Both the position numbers and the translations under genes were made by a program. Below the pieces are notes generated by a model. That model saw nothing but the letters and a program-made list of their open reading frames with translations. It had not been told where the DNA came from and ran no database searches. This document shows positions 40,696 through 48,673 of a DNA stretch of 64,000 nt, piece after piece. Position 1 is the stretch's first letter, and every line of letters begins with the position of its first letter. Source of the DNA: an uncultured Bdellovibrionales bacterium (GTDB lineage Bacteria; Patescibacteriota; Minisyncoccia; Moranbacterales; GWC2-37-73); NCBI GenBank assembly GCA_964484505.1, contig CAZAFB010000003.1, positions 37,044 through 101,043 on the forward strand, read 5' to 3'.

Positions 40696-40802
40696 GGATA
40701 TGAATCGCTAATCGACACGAATTTTATCTCGAATAATCGCGAATGAAATTCATTAGAGAAAATTAGCGATAAAATTAGCGTAAATTAGAGATTTATAACA
40801 TT
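40696..40802 (+). repeat. r-protein leader repeat copy 6
   Basis: GGATATGAATCGCTAATCGACACGAATTTTATCTCGAATAATCGCGAATG ... GATAAAATTAGCGTAAATTAGAGATTTATAACATT, then ATG. Confidence 0.7.
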
Positions 40803-41288
40803 ATGGCAGTAAAAGCAGTAAAAAAAGTTGAGAAAAAAGATGCGCCAAAGGCGGCGAAAACGGTAAAGGCGTCAGCAGCTTCTTCCAAAGAGAAATATTT
40901 TGCCGGTGTTGGAAGACGCAAAGCTTCCGTAGCGCAGGTCCGCATATATCAGCAAGAAGGTTCCGGCGAGGCTGATGTGATGATCAATGACCGCAAGATG
41001 AAAGACTATGTTCCCATGGTTAATTTGCAAACAACCGTGCTTGCACCAATGAGAGTGACTGGCACATTTGGCAAATTCCGCATGAGCGTGGTTGTTCGCG
41101 GTGGCGGTTTCAATGGACAAGCTGAAGCGATCCGCTTGGGACTTTCCCGCGCGCTGGTGGCATATGACGAAGCGCTCAAAAAAACGCTTCGTGACAATGG
41201 TTTCCTTACCCGCGATTCCCGCGCCGTAGAACGCAAGAAGCCGGGTCTCAAGAAGGCAAGACGTGCTCCACAGTGGGCTAAAAGATAG
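40803..41288 (+). CDS. rpsI: 30S ribosomal protein S9 with a Lys/Ala-rich N-terminal extension
   Basis: S9 core GGGFNGQAEAIRLGLSRAL ... KKARRAPQWAKR after an approximately 30 aa KxxA tail. Confidence 0.9.
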   Translation: MAVKAVKKVEKKDAPKAAKTVKASAASSKEKYFAGVGRRKASVAQVRIYQQEGSGEADVMINDRKMKDYVPMVNLQTTVLAPMRVTGTFGKFRMSVVVRGGGFNGQAEAIRLGLSRALVAYDEALKKTLRDNGFLTRDSRAVERKKPGLKKARRAPQWAKR

Positions 41289-41401
41289 AATATCTTTCAG
41301 CACAGTGTGGAAAGGAAAGGGGTCGGGAAAACCTGGGTTTTCCCGTGGCGGAAGTACTGAAACCGCTGGGTTTCAGGGAGCGAAGCGACTCCACAGTGGG
41401 C
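41279..41401. repeat. Hairpin-rich insert at the 3' end of rpsI, bounded by the 13-bp direct repeats CTCCACAGTGGGC
   Basis: Direct repeats at 41266-41278 and 41389-41401. Between them lie GGGAAAACCTGGGTTTTCCC and CTGAAACCGCTGGGTTTCAG hairpins. The 38-bp core recurs at 12533-12570 in inverted orientation. Confidence 0.55.
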
Positions 41402-41496
41402 GAAGCGTTAGGATACGAATTTTCGCGAATTGGGAAACGAATGTTCACGAATCGCGAATTTCACGAATACTCAGCAATACCAAGATTTATATACAA

Positions 41497-41523
41497 AAAA
41501 CGCCTTATTTGGGCGTTTTTTGG
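41497..41523 (+). terminator. Rho-independent terminator closing the r-protein cluster
   Basis: AAAACGCCTTATTTGGGCGTTTTTT. Confidence 0.75.
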
Positions 41524-41532
41524 CGTTTATGA

Positions 41533-41561
41533 TTGACTTTTTCACCAGATAGGTGTATAAT
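41533..41561 (+). promoter_or_regulatory. Sigma70-type promoter TTGACT-N17-TATAAT
   Basis: Perfect -35 and -10 with a 17-nt spacer about 80 nt upstream of the 41640 ORF. The ATTGACTTTTT context is the same as the promoter at 10266. Confidence 0.65.
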
Positions 41562-41639
41562 ACTAAGTCGCATAAAAACGGCATTTAGTGCCTTAAAAAT
41601 CCAAAGTCGGCGGACTGAAAACGCAGAAGGAGGATTCAA

Positions 41640-42242
41640 ATGAAAAGAACTAGAAGGACCAAACTTGAGATGGGGATGAAAAATGATATCCAAAGAGCTG
41701 GCGTGGTTTTTTCCTTGTATGGGACATTAATTCAGTTTATTGAAAGAATGGCTGATTTATTGGCAAAAAGCAAAACAGACGTTGTCTTATTGAAAGATAT
41801 TATTCCTGAAAAAAACGATCAAGCGACCATTTTCAGAATGATGAAAGAAGTTAATTTACCAGGCTGTGCGATTGATTTTATTGCTTGGATTAATCTGGCG
41901 AAAGTAGTAACGGATAATTGGAAAGATCTCGTCAGTAGTGATATTGTCCAGGTTTTTAAAAATATTATTGTTCATCCCAGCGTAAAGAAAACGGACATGG
42001 TAAATATACTACATTTATTTTGTTCCAACAGCTTAATGTTTTATCACTACTTGAACTTTGAGATTCAAAAAAGATTATTCCCGTTCGAAGGATTCGAGGA
42101 ATTGGATGAGAATTCTCTTATGACACTGATTAGACTCAGTGGTTTGGCTTCCAAATATAAAGAGTTGTTTTTCTGGGAGCAAAGAAATGGCAGGAAACAT
42201 CCTGCTCGCGATATGATATTGGAGGATATATTGAAGGGATAA
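41640..42242 (+). CDS. Hypothetical protein
   Basis: Strong SD GAAGGAGG. No recognisable domain. Has its own consensus promoter and terminator. Confidence 0.5.
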   Translation: MKRTRRTKLEMGMKNDIQRAGVVFSLYGTLIQFIERMADLLAKSKTDVVLLKDIIPEKNDQATIFRMMKEVNLPGCAIDFIAWINLAKVVTDNWKDLVSSDIVQVFKNIIVHPSVKKTDMVNILHLFCSNSLMFYHYLNFEIQKRLFPFEGFEELDENSLMTLIRLSGLASKYKELFFWEQRNGRKHPARDMILEDILKG

Positions 42243-42265
42243 ACCCTTGTTGATACATTGGATTT

Positions 42266-42306
42266 ATTAAAGGCTGCAGTCTTAAGGGATTCGCAGCCTT
42301 TTTCAT
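42266..42306. terminator. Bidirectional terminator-like hairpin (AAAGGCTGCAGTC ... GCAGCCTTTTT)
   Basis: Stem GGCTGC / GCAGCC, with a T-run on the plus strand and an A-run before the stem. Confidence 0.5.
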
Positions 42307-42385
42307 CGGTTCTTCTTTCATTGGGAGTGTGTGTGGAGGTTCAACCTCCATAAGGGAGGTTGAACTTCCTAAACGGAAGTATTTA

Positions 42386-43843
42386 TTAAAACCCAAGTAT
42401 TCCTGTTTTCTCAGGGAAGGTGATTGATTGAATGGTGACAATGCCGGCGCTATTTTTGTCGGTGAAATATAAATTGCCGTCCGAATGATTGCTGACCAAA
42501 TGTGTCGAGTCTGCGGAAATATCCAAAACATCTTCCATGGTGCGGTGGTCGCGCGGATCAAGCTCAATAACTTTTATTTTCTTGCCGGTGGCAAAGATTA
42601 TATGTTCGTAGTCTTTGGTCCATTGAACATCAACAACAGGTTCGGAAAAACGGGTGACAGTGGCTAATTCATTTTTCATGCGAGTTGGTTGAACTTCCCA
42701 TTTTCGGCTAAAATAAGCTAAAATTTCGTTGTCGCTCCAAAAAAGAATTTTTTTGCCATCATTTGAAAATTGTGCGCCCCGGATCTTTCCCGGCATCTTG
42801 CGGAAATATGTATCCAGCTCCCCTTTATTATAAACATAAAAATCACCACTTCGGTTCAGATAGGTAATTCGATCTTTGTCATATACGATTATTTGATATG
42901 AAGTGTCGGACATTTCAGCTGGTCCGGATGTCGTGATTTGTTCGGGATTCGAAGAACCGGTCATGTTGGTACGATAAATGATTCCTCCCGGCAATTGCAT
43001 GTAATATAGGCCGCTTGAAGAAAGATCATAACTGGCGATGCCGGAAACCAGGGTCGTTATGCTTTGGGGGTTATCCAAATCGACGCGGTATAAAGTGTCT
43101 CCGTCCATATAGAAAAGAGCGTTTTTGGTGTCAGGATCCCAGCGCACATGGGAGATGTTATTTGTATTCACGATGTCTTTAAGGTCAATCGTTTCTCCGG
43201 TTTCTGTGGTTTCAATGAAATAATGTTTGGTTCCGTCGTTTTTGATTGTAGGTATGATTAGGCGGTGGGCTTGTGGTGACCACTCGATATTTTCTTTTTC
43301 ATCGTTAGTAAAAACATATTCCTTGGAGGAAAAAATGTTTTTGGCGATTTGTTCTTCCGAATCCAATAAACCAACTAAAAATTCCTCGTCCTTTTTCTGC
43401 GTGAAGGCGATTAAATCATTTTTTGGCGAGATGAAGATTTTTCCTGATTGCGTAGCATCATAGGATATGCGGTCATAAGAATCACGCACAAGCATGATGT
43501 TCCAAAACTCAGTCGATATGCCGCTGTGCACATCGATGCGTTTGGACCATGGCTTGAACCCGGAGGCACTGACGGTAACCTCATATTCGCCAGGTTTGAC
43601 GCCGTCAATGTGATATGAATTATTGAGACGATTGAGTTTTTTGGAGGGAATAGGGACGCCATTGATGGCAACGTCGACGGTTTGAGGAAGAGTTTTTAGG
43701 CTGACGGAGCCGCCATAGATAAAAACCCCTTTGCCAAAGCTGTAACGATAGCCAAAGGCGTAGGAGATTATCAACGTGGAAACGATGAAAAAGACCGCTA
43801 CAAGGGTCCAAAAGAAGATAAATTTTCCTTTTTCTGGTGTCAT
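42386..43843 (-). CDS. Membrane-anchored PEGA-domain protein with a TolB-like beta-propeller region
   Basis: N-terminal TM. PEGA-like GEYEVTVSASGFKPWSKRIDV. Repeated propeller-like blades (FSNDGKKILFWSDNEI, EWSPQAHRLI). Confidence 0.55.
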   Translation of the reverse strand: MTPEKGKFIFFWTLVAVFFIVSTLIISYAFGYRYSFGKGVFIYGGSVSLKTLPQTVDVAINGVPIPSKKLNRLNNSYHIDGVKPGEYEVTVSASGFKPWSKRIDVHSGISTEFWNIMLVRDSYDRISYDATQSGKIFISPKNDLIAFTQKKDEEFLVGLLDSEEQIAKNIFSSKEYVFTNDEKENIEWSPQAHRLIIPTIKNDGTKHYFIETTETGETIDLKDIVNTNNISHVRWDPDTKNALFYMDGDTLYRVDLDNPQSITTLVSGIASYDLSSSGLYYMQLPGGIIYRTNMTGSSNPEQITTSGPAEMSDTSYQIIVYDKDRITYLNRSGDFYVYNKGELDTYFRKMPGKIRGAQFSNDGKKILFWSDNEILAYFSRKWEVQPTRMKNELATVTRFSEPVVDVQWTKDYEHIIFATGKKIKVIELDPRDHRTMEDVLDISADSTHLVSNHSDGNLYFTDKNSAGIVTIQSITFPEKTGILGF

Positions 43844-43953
43844 AATTATGTGGTAATGATAGGATATTTTGGTATATTTGTCCAGAAACCAAAAAATCCC
43901 TTTCGGGATCTTACGGGGCCTGCCACGTGGCGAGCGAAGCGAGTTTTACGGGG

Positions 43954-44026
43954 TGCGCCCACCAGGACTCGAACCTGGGACCGTTTGCTTAAAAGGCAAC
44001 TGCTCTACCAACTGAGCTATAGGCGC
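43954..44026 (-). tRNA. tRNA-Lys(TTT)
   Basis: Manual fold of the reverse complement: acceptor GCGCCTA/TGGGCGC, D-arm GCTC-AGTTGGTA-GAGC, anticodon loop CTTTTAA, T-arm CCAGG-TTCGAGT-CCTGG. Confidence 0.8.
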
Positions 44027-44162
44027 AAAAAATACCAACTGCTTGTCCCGTGGTCCGACCTGTCGGACTTTACGGGAAGCTATAGGCGCATATCTGAAAA
44101 TCAAGATAACACAATCAATTATATCCGATTTTCGCAATCGGTCAATAGTTTCCAAAAATTCC

Positions 44163-44660
44163 TTATTTTCCCCTCTTATTGACTATTATAACAAAAAATA
44201 GCGGAATAACCATCCAGGCGACGCGCGCCCAAGGAGAGGTGAAATATTGCAAGGAATCTATGGAAACATATTTGACGATTTCCTTTTGGGGAATGTAGGT
44301 GAAGGCTATGCTTGCCAAAAGTCCGATTTCCAAAAAGCTTATCAAAAAAACTTCCCAATAAGGTAATCCGCTGCCTGAAATATGAATATCAAAGAGATAT
44401 TTCTCCATCAAAAACAAGACGATAATCGCAATGGCAAAAACCATGATTGCGGTATATTTTCCCATGTCCGGAACCACGGATGGCAAAACTTGCAACAGGG
44501 CCAGAGAAATATAGATATTTATGAGCATGTTATAGAGCCTGAAGCGTCCAACCAACAGCCAAAACACCGTACTGATAATCAAGATTGCTACCGCAAGGGT
44601 TATGAGTTCGCCTGTTGATGTCGAAAGCCCAAGCGATGCATAGAGTGCTTCCAATTTCAT
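44163..44660 (-). CDS. Hypothetical integral membrane protein
   Basis: About 5 predicted TM helices. No recognisable motif. Confidence 0.45.
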   Translation of the reverse strand: MKLEALYASLGLSTSTGELITLAVAILIISTVFWLLVGRFRLYNMLINIYISLALLQVLPSVVPDMGKYTAIMVFAIAIIVLFLMEKYLFDIHISGSGLPYWEVFLISFLEIGLLASIAFTYIPQKEIVKYVSIDSLQYFTSPWARVAWMVIPLFFVIIVNKRGK

Positions 44661-44770
44661 ATCTTTTTTATTATGAAGAATATCTTTCCATAGTATACAT
44701 TCTTATGCACAAGTTGAGAAGATGTTCCGATGGCTTTTGTTGATTTCTTTTTGTGTGCTATTATTTGGTT

Positions 44771-45832
44771 ATGAAAAAGATATATTTATTAGGCAGTATA
44801 TTTGCCGCAACAATGTTACTTTCCGGTTGTTCTTTGATTCCAGGTGGTTCAGGAACCTCAACTTCCGGAACTTCGGCAGCCAACTTTTTTGTCTCCGGGG
44901 ATGGTGGCGCAACTTGGAATCCGAAAGTTAAGGTTGATGAAAAGAAGAGCATTACTGCAGCTGATATTTTGACGATTGCCGCGCATCCGACTGATTCCAG
45001 CATTATTTATGCCGGCACGATGAGCAATGGCTTGCTCAAAAGCACGGACGGCGCCGAGACTTGGCAAGTGGAATCTTTCGCCCAAAAAGCCTATGCGATT
45101 TCATTTGATCCTCAAAAACCGAATATCATATATGCGGCCGGAGTATATAATAAGAGGGGAAAAATATTCAAAAAGGAAGGCGAAGGGGAATGGAAAGAAA
45201 TATATACCGAGCCCGCCGAAGGCACATTTGTCGCTTCTTTGGCAGTCGATCAATCAAACAGCGACTATATTTATGCCGGCACTTCCGATGGCGTAATTAT
45301 CAAATCAACAGATGCGGGAAAGACGTGGAAAAATCTAAAAAAGGTCGACGGACCGGTAACGAGTATTGTTTTCGATGCAGGAGGAGGACCACATCTGTAT
45401 TTTGGCATTTTCCAACAAGGAGTATTGGAAACGCTTGATGGCGGTAATGAAATAGTGGACATGACATCAAAAGAAGGGGTTATATCCGGAATCTCTGGGA
45501 AAGATGTATATTCCGTAGTGGCAGATCCTATCGTTAAAAATGTATTGTATGTGGGGACAGATAAGGGAGTGGTTAAAGTAACCGAAGGCGGTAAAAAATG
45601 GGAGTCGCTTAATGTAATTGCCAGCAGCGAAGGATTTGCAATTCGTGGGCTTGCAATAAATCCCAAGAATAACAAGGAAATTATCTATGTCGCAGCAAGA
45701 GCGATATATCGCACGATTGATGGAGGAGTGAAATGGTCCACTTATCAACTGGATACCAAAAAAGGAGTAGGTGTGATAAAATTCAGTCCGGCAGATTCGC
45801 AAAAAGTATATATGGGATTGAGGAATATTTGA
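44771..45832 (+). CDS. Lipoprotein with BNR/Asp-box repeats (beta-propeller, sialidase/Ycf48-like fold)
   Basis: Lipobox LLSGCS. Repeated S-x-D-G-G-x-T-W motifs (SGDGGATWN, STDGAETWQ, STDAGKTWK, TIDGGVKWS). Confidence 0.6.
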   Translation: MKKIYLLGSIFAATMLLSGCSLIPGGSGTSTSGTSAANFFVSGDGGATWNPKVKVDEKKSITAADILTIAAHPTDSSIIYAGTMSNGLLKSTDGAETWQVESFAQKAYAISFDPQKPNIIYAAGVYNKRGKIFKKEGEGEWKEIYTEPAEGTFVASLAVDQSNSDYIYAGTSDGVIIKSTDAGKTWKNLKKVDGPVTSIVFDAGGGPHLYFGIFQQGVLETLDGGNEIVDMTSKEGVISGISGKDVYSVVADPIVKNVLYVGTDKGVVKVTEGGKKWESLNVIASSEGFAIRGLAINPKNNKEIIYVAARAIYRTIDGGVKWSTYQLDTKKGVGVIKFSPADSQKVYMGLRNI

Positions 45833-45882
45833 TCACAGTGATCAAGGAACAATAATACTAAATACTAAATACTAAACGAGGT

Positions 45883-46440
45883 ATGTATACACAAGTAATC
45901 GAAACTAAAAAAACTGATTTGGAAAAGGCGATTGAACATCTTCAAATTGAGTTGGGGAAGTTGAGAACGGGACGCGCGACGCCATCACTGGTGGAAGATT
46001 TGAAGGTTGATTATTATGGCACCAAAACCCCGCTAAAACAAATTGCTGCAATAAACACCCCCGAGCCTCGGACCATCATGATTCAACCATGGGATCGCGG
46101 CGCTTTGGTTTCAATTGAGTCGGCAATTCGTGAGTCTGACCTTGGCTTCAATCCTAATAATGATGGTATTGTTATCCGCATCAACATCCCAATGTTGACA
46201 GAGGAGCGTCGCAAGGATTTAGTGAAAGTTTTGAATCAAAAAGCCGAAGAATCGCGCATCGCCGTGCGTATGGTTCGAGAAGACGCGCTCAAAGAAATTC
46301 AAGACATGGAGAAGGCAGGCGATATTTCCGAGGATGACAAATTCAAAGGCAAAGATAAACTGCAGGAAATTATTGACCAATATAATAAAAAGATCGAAGA
46401 AATCAGAGCGAAGAAAGAGCAGGATATCATGACGGTGTAG
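45883..46440 (+). CDS. frr: Ribosome recycling factor
   Basis: RRF signature (LKVDYYGTKTPLKQIA ... EERRKDLVK). Confidence 0.9.
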   Translation: MYTQVIETKKTDLEKAIEHLQIELGKLRTGRATPSLVEDLKVDYYGTKTPLKQIAAINTPEPRTIMIQPWDRGALVSIESAIRESDLGFNPNNDGIVIRINIPMLTEERRKDLVKVLNQKAEESRIAVRMVREDALKEIQDMEKAGDISEDDKFKGKDKLQEIIDQYNKKIEEIRAKKEQDIMTV

Positions 46441-46555
46441 AATGCTCGCAACTTTATTTCCATATATTTCGTGCAACATATTTCTATATGTTTTTCGGGT
46501 GTTGGAAATAAATAGAAATACGAAGAAATAAGTAGAAATTAATTGTCAAAATGCA

Positions 46556-47710
46556 ATGTTGACCATCTTAGTTTTCATCATAATTCTCGGTTTTCTAGTA
46601 TTCGTGCATGAGCTCGGTCATTTTGCAGTGGCGCGAAGAAATGGAATCAAGGCTGAAGAATTCGGTTTTGGTTTCCCACCGCGCGCTTTGGGTGTGGTGA
46701 AGAATGACCAGACGGGGAAATGGGATTTTGTCTTGGGCAGAAAACATATTGAATCAAAAAATACTATCTATTCGATAAACTGGTTGCCAATCGGGGGTTT
46801 TGTGCGCATCAAAGGAGAAAATGGCGATGAGAAGGGCGAAGACAGCTTTGTTAGCAAGAGTCCTTGGGTTCGCAGTAAAGTTTTGATTGCAGGAGTGGTG
46901 ATGAATTTCATTTTCGCTTGGCTGTTGTTTTCTTTTGGATTCATGTTGGGAACGCCACAAGAAGTTGAAAATGCTAACGTCAAGGGGGCATATGTATTGA
47001 TCGAAAAGGTGGAGGATGGTTCTCCTGCGCAAAAAATGGGTCTGAAAATGGGAGATGTTATTGAAAAGAAACAAACCGGTCCGGATGGGAAAACATATAA
47101 TCTTGTGGGCGTTGAAGGCGTGCAGGAATTTATTGGTTCCAACGTGGGCAAGGAAATAAATCTCAACATAAAACGTGGCAAGGAAGAATTGGTCTTAAAA
47201 GGAATTCCTGAAATTATGCCAGAAAGCGGCAAGGGAAGGATTGGTGTCAGCTTAGCGCAAGTGGCCAAAGTTTCCTATTCTTTGTTTCCAGCACTCTGGA
47301 AAGGATTTGTGGAACTTGGTAATGTTTTCTTGATGATATTTATGGTGCTTAAGATGCTACTTTCCGGACAAGGTGGTGGCTTGGATGTTACCGGAGTTGT
47401 GGGAATCGCGGTCTATACCGGAGAAGTTATTCCCTTGGGATTGGCGCATATTCTGCGTTTTGCTGCAATATTAAGTGTAAATTTGGGAATTATCAACGCG
47501 CTACCTTTCCCGGCTCTGGATGGTGGACGTATTTTGTTTATAATTATCGAAAAAATCAAAGGTTCGCCTGTAAGTCAGAAATTAGAGCAAATATTCCACA
47601 CGGCAGGCTTTGCTATTTTGATCGGTTTGATGATATTTGTGACTTACCGCGATTTCTTGAAGTTTGATGTGATCGGTAATCTGGTAGGAAAAATAAAAGG
47701 CATTTTTTAG
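46556..47710 (+). CDS. rseP: Site-2 protease (RseP/M50 family) with a PDZ domain
   Basis: HELGH zinc motif in TM1, a PDZ domain, and the C-terminal LDGG motif. Confidence 0.85.
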   Translation: MLTILVFIIILGFLVFVHELGHFAVARRNGIKAEEFGFGFPPRALGVVKNDQTGKWDFVLGRKHIESKNTIYSINWLPIGGFVRIKGENGDEKGEDSFVSKSPWVRSKVLIAGVVMNFIFAWLLFSFGFMLGTPQEVENANVKGAYVLIEKVEDGSPAQKMGLKMGDVIEKKQTGPDGKTYNLVGVEGVQEFIGSNVGKEINLNIKRGKEELVLKGIPEIMPESGKGRIGVSLAQVAKVSYSLFPALWKGFVELGNVFLMIFMVLKMLLSGQGGGLDVTGVVGIAVYTGEVIPLGLAHILRFAAILSVNLGIINALPFPALDGGRILFIIIEKIKGSPVSQKLEQIFHTAGFAILIGLMIFVTYRDFLKFDVIGNLVGKIKGIF

Positions 47711-47803
47711 CTTAAAAAAGCTTATTTTGCTAGATATATACTACTATGTTGACAAAGTAGAAAAATCTGGTATTCTGGATACGTTACAAATGAACACTAA
47801 ATG

Positions 47804-47832
47804 CACCGCCCATGAGGCGGCGGCATTTTTTA
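47804..47832 (+). terminator. Terminator-like hairpin (CACCGCCCATGAGGCGGCGGCATTTTTT)
   Basis: GC stem and T-run. It is flanked by the 11-bp direct repeats AACACTAAATG at 47793 and 47833. Confidence 0.55.
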
Positions 47833-47856
47833 AACACTAAATGAGGGAAAAATATG

Positions 47857-47985
47857 CCCGGTAGTGAAAATTCAAAATAGTAATTTCGGGCATTTATAGT
47901 TTTACAAGCGTGATAAACGAAAGATAATCAGATAAAATATTAAAGGTTCTTTTGGGCAAAGCCCATTTGAATTTCTACTACCGGG
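47857..47985. repeat. Family C element, copy 2, ending 1 nt before the greA ATG
   Basis: Same 20-bp terminal inverted repeats and an identical 41-nt 3' segment (CTTTTGGGCAAAGCCCATTTGAATTTCTACTACCGGG) as 8776-8912. Confidence 0.65.
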
Positions 47986-47986
47986 T

Positions 47987-48442
47987 ATGGCAAGACTTAT
48001 TACCAAGGAAGGGTTGAAAAAACTGCAGGACGAATTGGAGCATCGCAAGATCCAAATCAGACAGGAAATAGCTAAGGCGATCAAAGAAGCCAAAGAACAA
48101 GGCGATCTTAGTGAAAATGCCGAATATTCCGAAGCTAAATCGCAGCAAAGTGAAAATGAAACTCGTATAGCTGAATTGGAAATGGCGATCAAAAACTCAC
48201 AGGTTGTGGAGAAGAGTGAACAGTCCGCCAATGTGGGAATTGGTTCGACTGTGACAGTCAAATTCAATGGCAGCGAGATGGATTTTGAAATCGTGGGATC
48301 AAATGAGGCTGATCCTGTGCAGCGAAAGATTTCCAATGAATCTCCTCTGGGCAAGGCCTTTATGGGACGCGCCAAGGGAGATGAGGTTGAAGTGGCTACT
48401 CCGAAGGGGATGATTAAATACAAAATCCTGAACGTGAAATAG
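47987..48442 (+). CDS. greA: Transcription elongation factor GreA
   Basis: N-terminal coiled-coil (LTKEGLKKLQDELEHRK, DLSENAEY) and C-terminal FKBP-like domain. Confidence 0.9.
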   Translation: MARLITKEGLKKLQDELEHRKIQIRQEIAKAIKEAKEQGDLSENAEYSEAKSQQSENETRIAELEMAIKNSQVVEKSEQSANVGIGSTVTVKFNGSEMDFEIVGSNEADPVQRKISNESPLGKAFMGRAKGDEVEVATPKGMIKYKILNVK

Positions 48443-48452
48443 ATTTACAGAT

Positions 48453-48482
48453 AGCGGCGCTCTCGGGGGCGTCGTTTTTTGT
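48453..48482 (+). terminator. Rho-independent terminator after greA
   Basis: GCGGCGCTCTCGGGGGCGTCGTTTTTTG. Confidence 0.6.
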
Positions 48483-48673
48483 TTGCCAAAACGCATATTT
48501 TGGCTTAAAATTAGGTCATGCTATTAAAAACTTACGCATTTACTCTCAAGTCAAAATGAGCCTCTATGCACTTTGACTATTAACATTTGCCAAAGAAGTG
48601 CAAAAACTCATTTCTTTGTTTCGAGCAAACGCGCAAGTTTTTAATTTGAATTTCTAAATCATAAAATATTTAT

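Noticed and set aside
36844-40802. A CRISPR-like appearance of regularly recurring repeats of about 105 bp separated by segments of 400-1000 bp
   Set aside because: The separating segments are conserved ribosomal protein genes. The repeats are about 105 bp with only about 75-85 percent identity and no short uniform spacers. No cas genes are present.
43850-44182. 110 aa ORF on the plus strand
   Set aside because: It overlaps tRNA-Lys on the opposite strand and has low-complexity translation. It is a shadow ORF.
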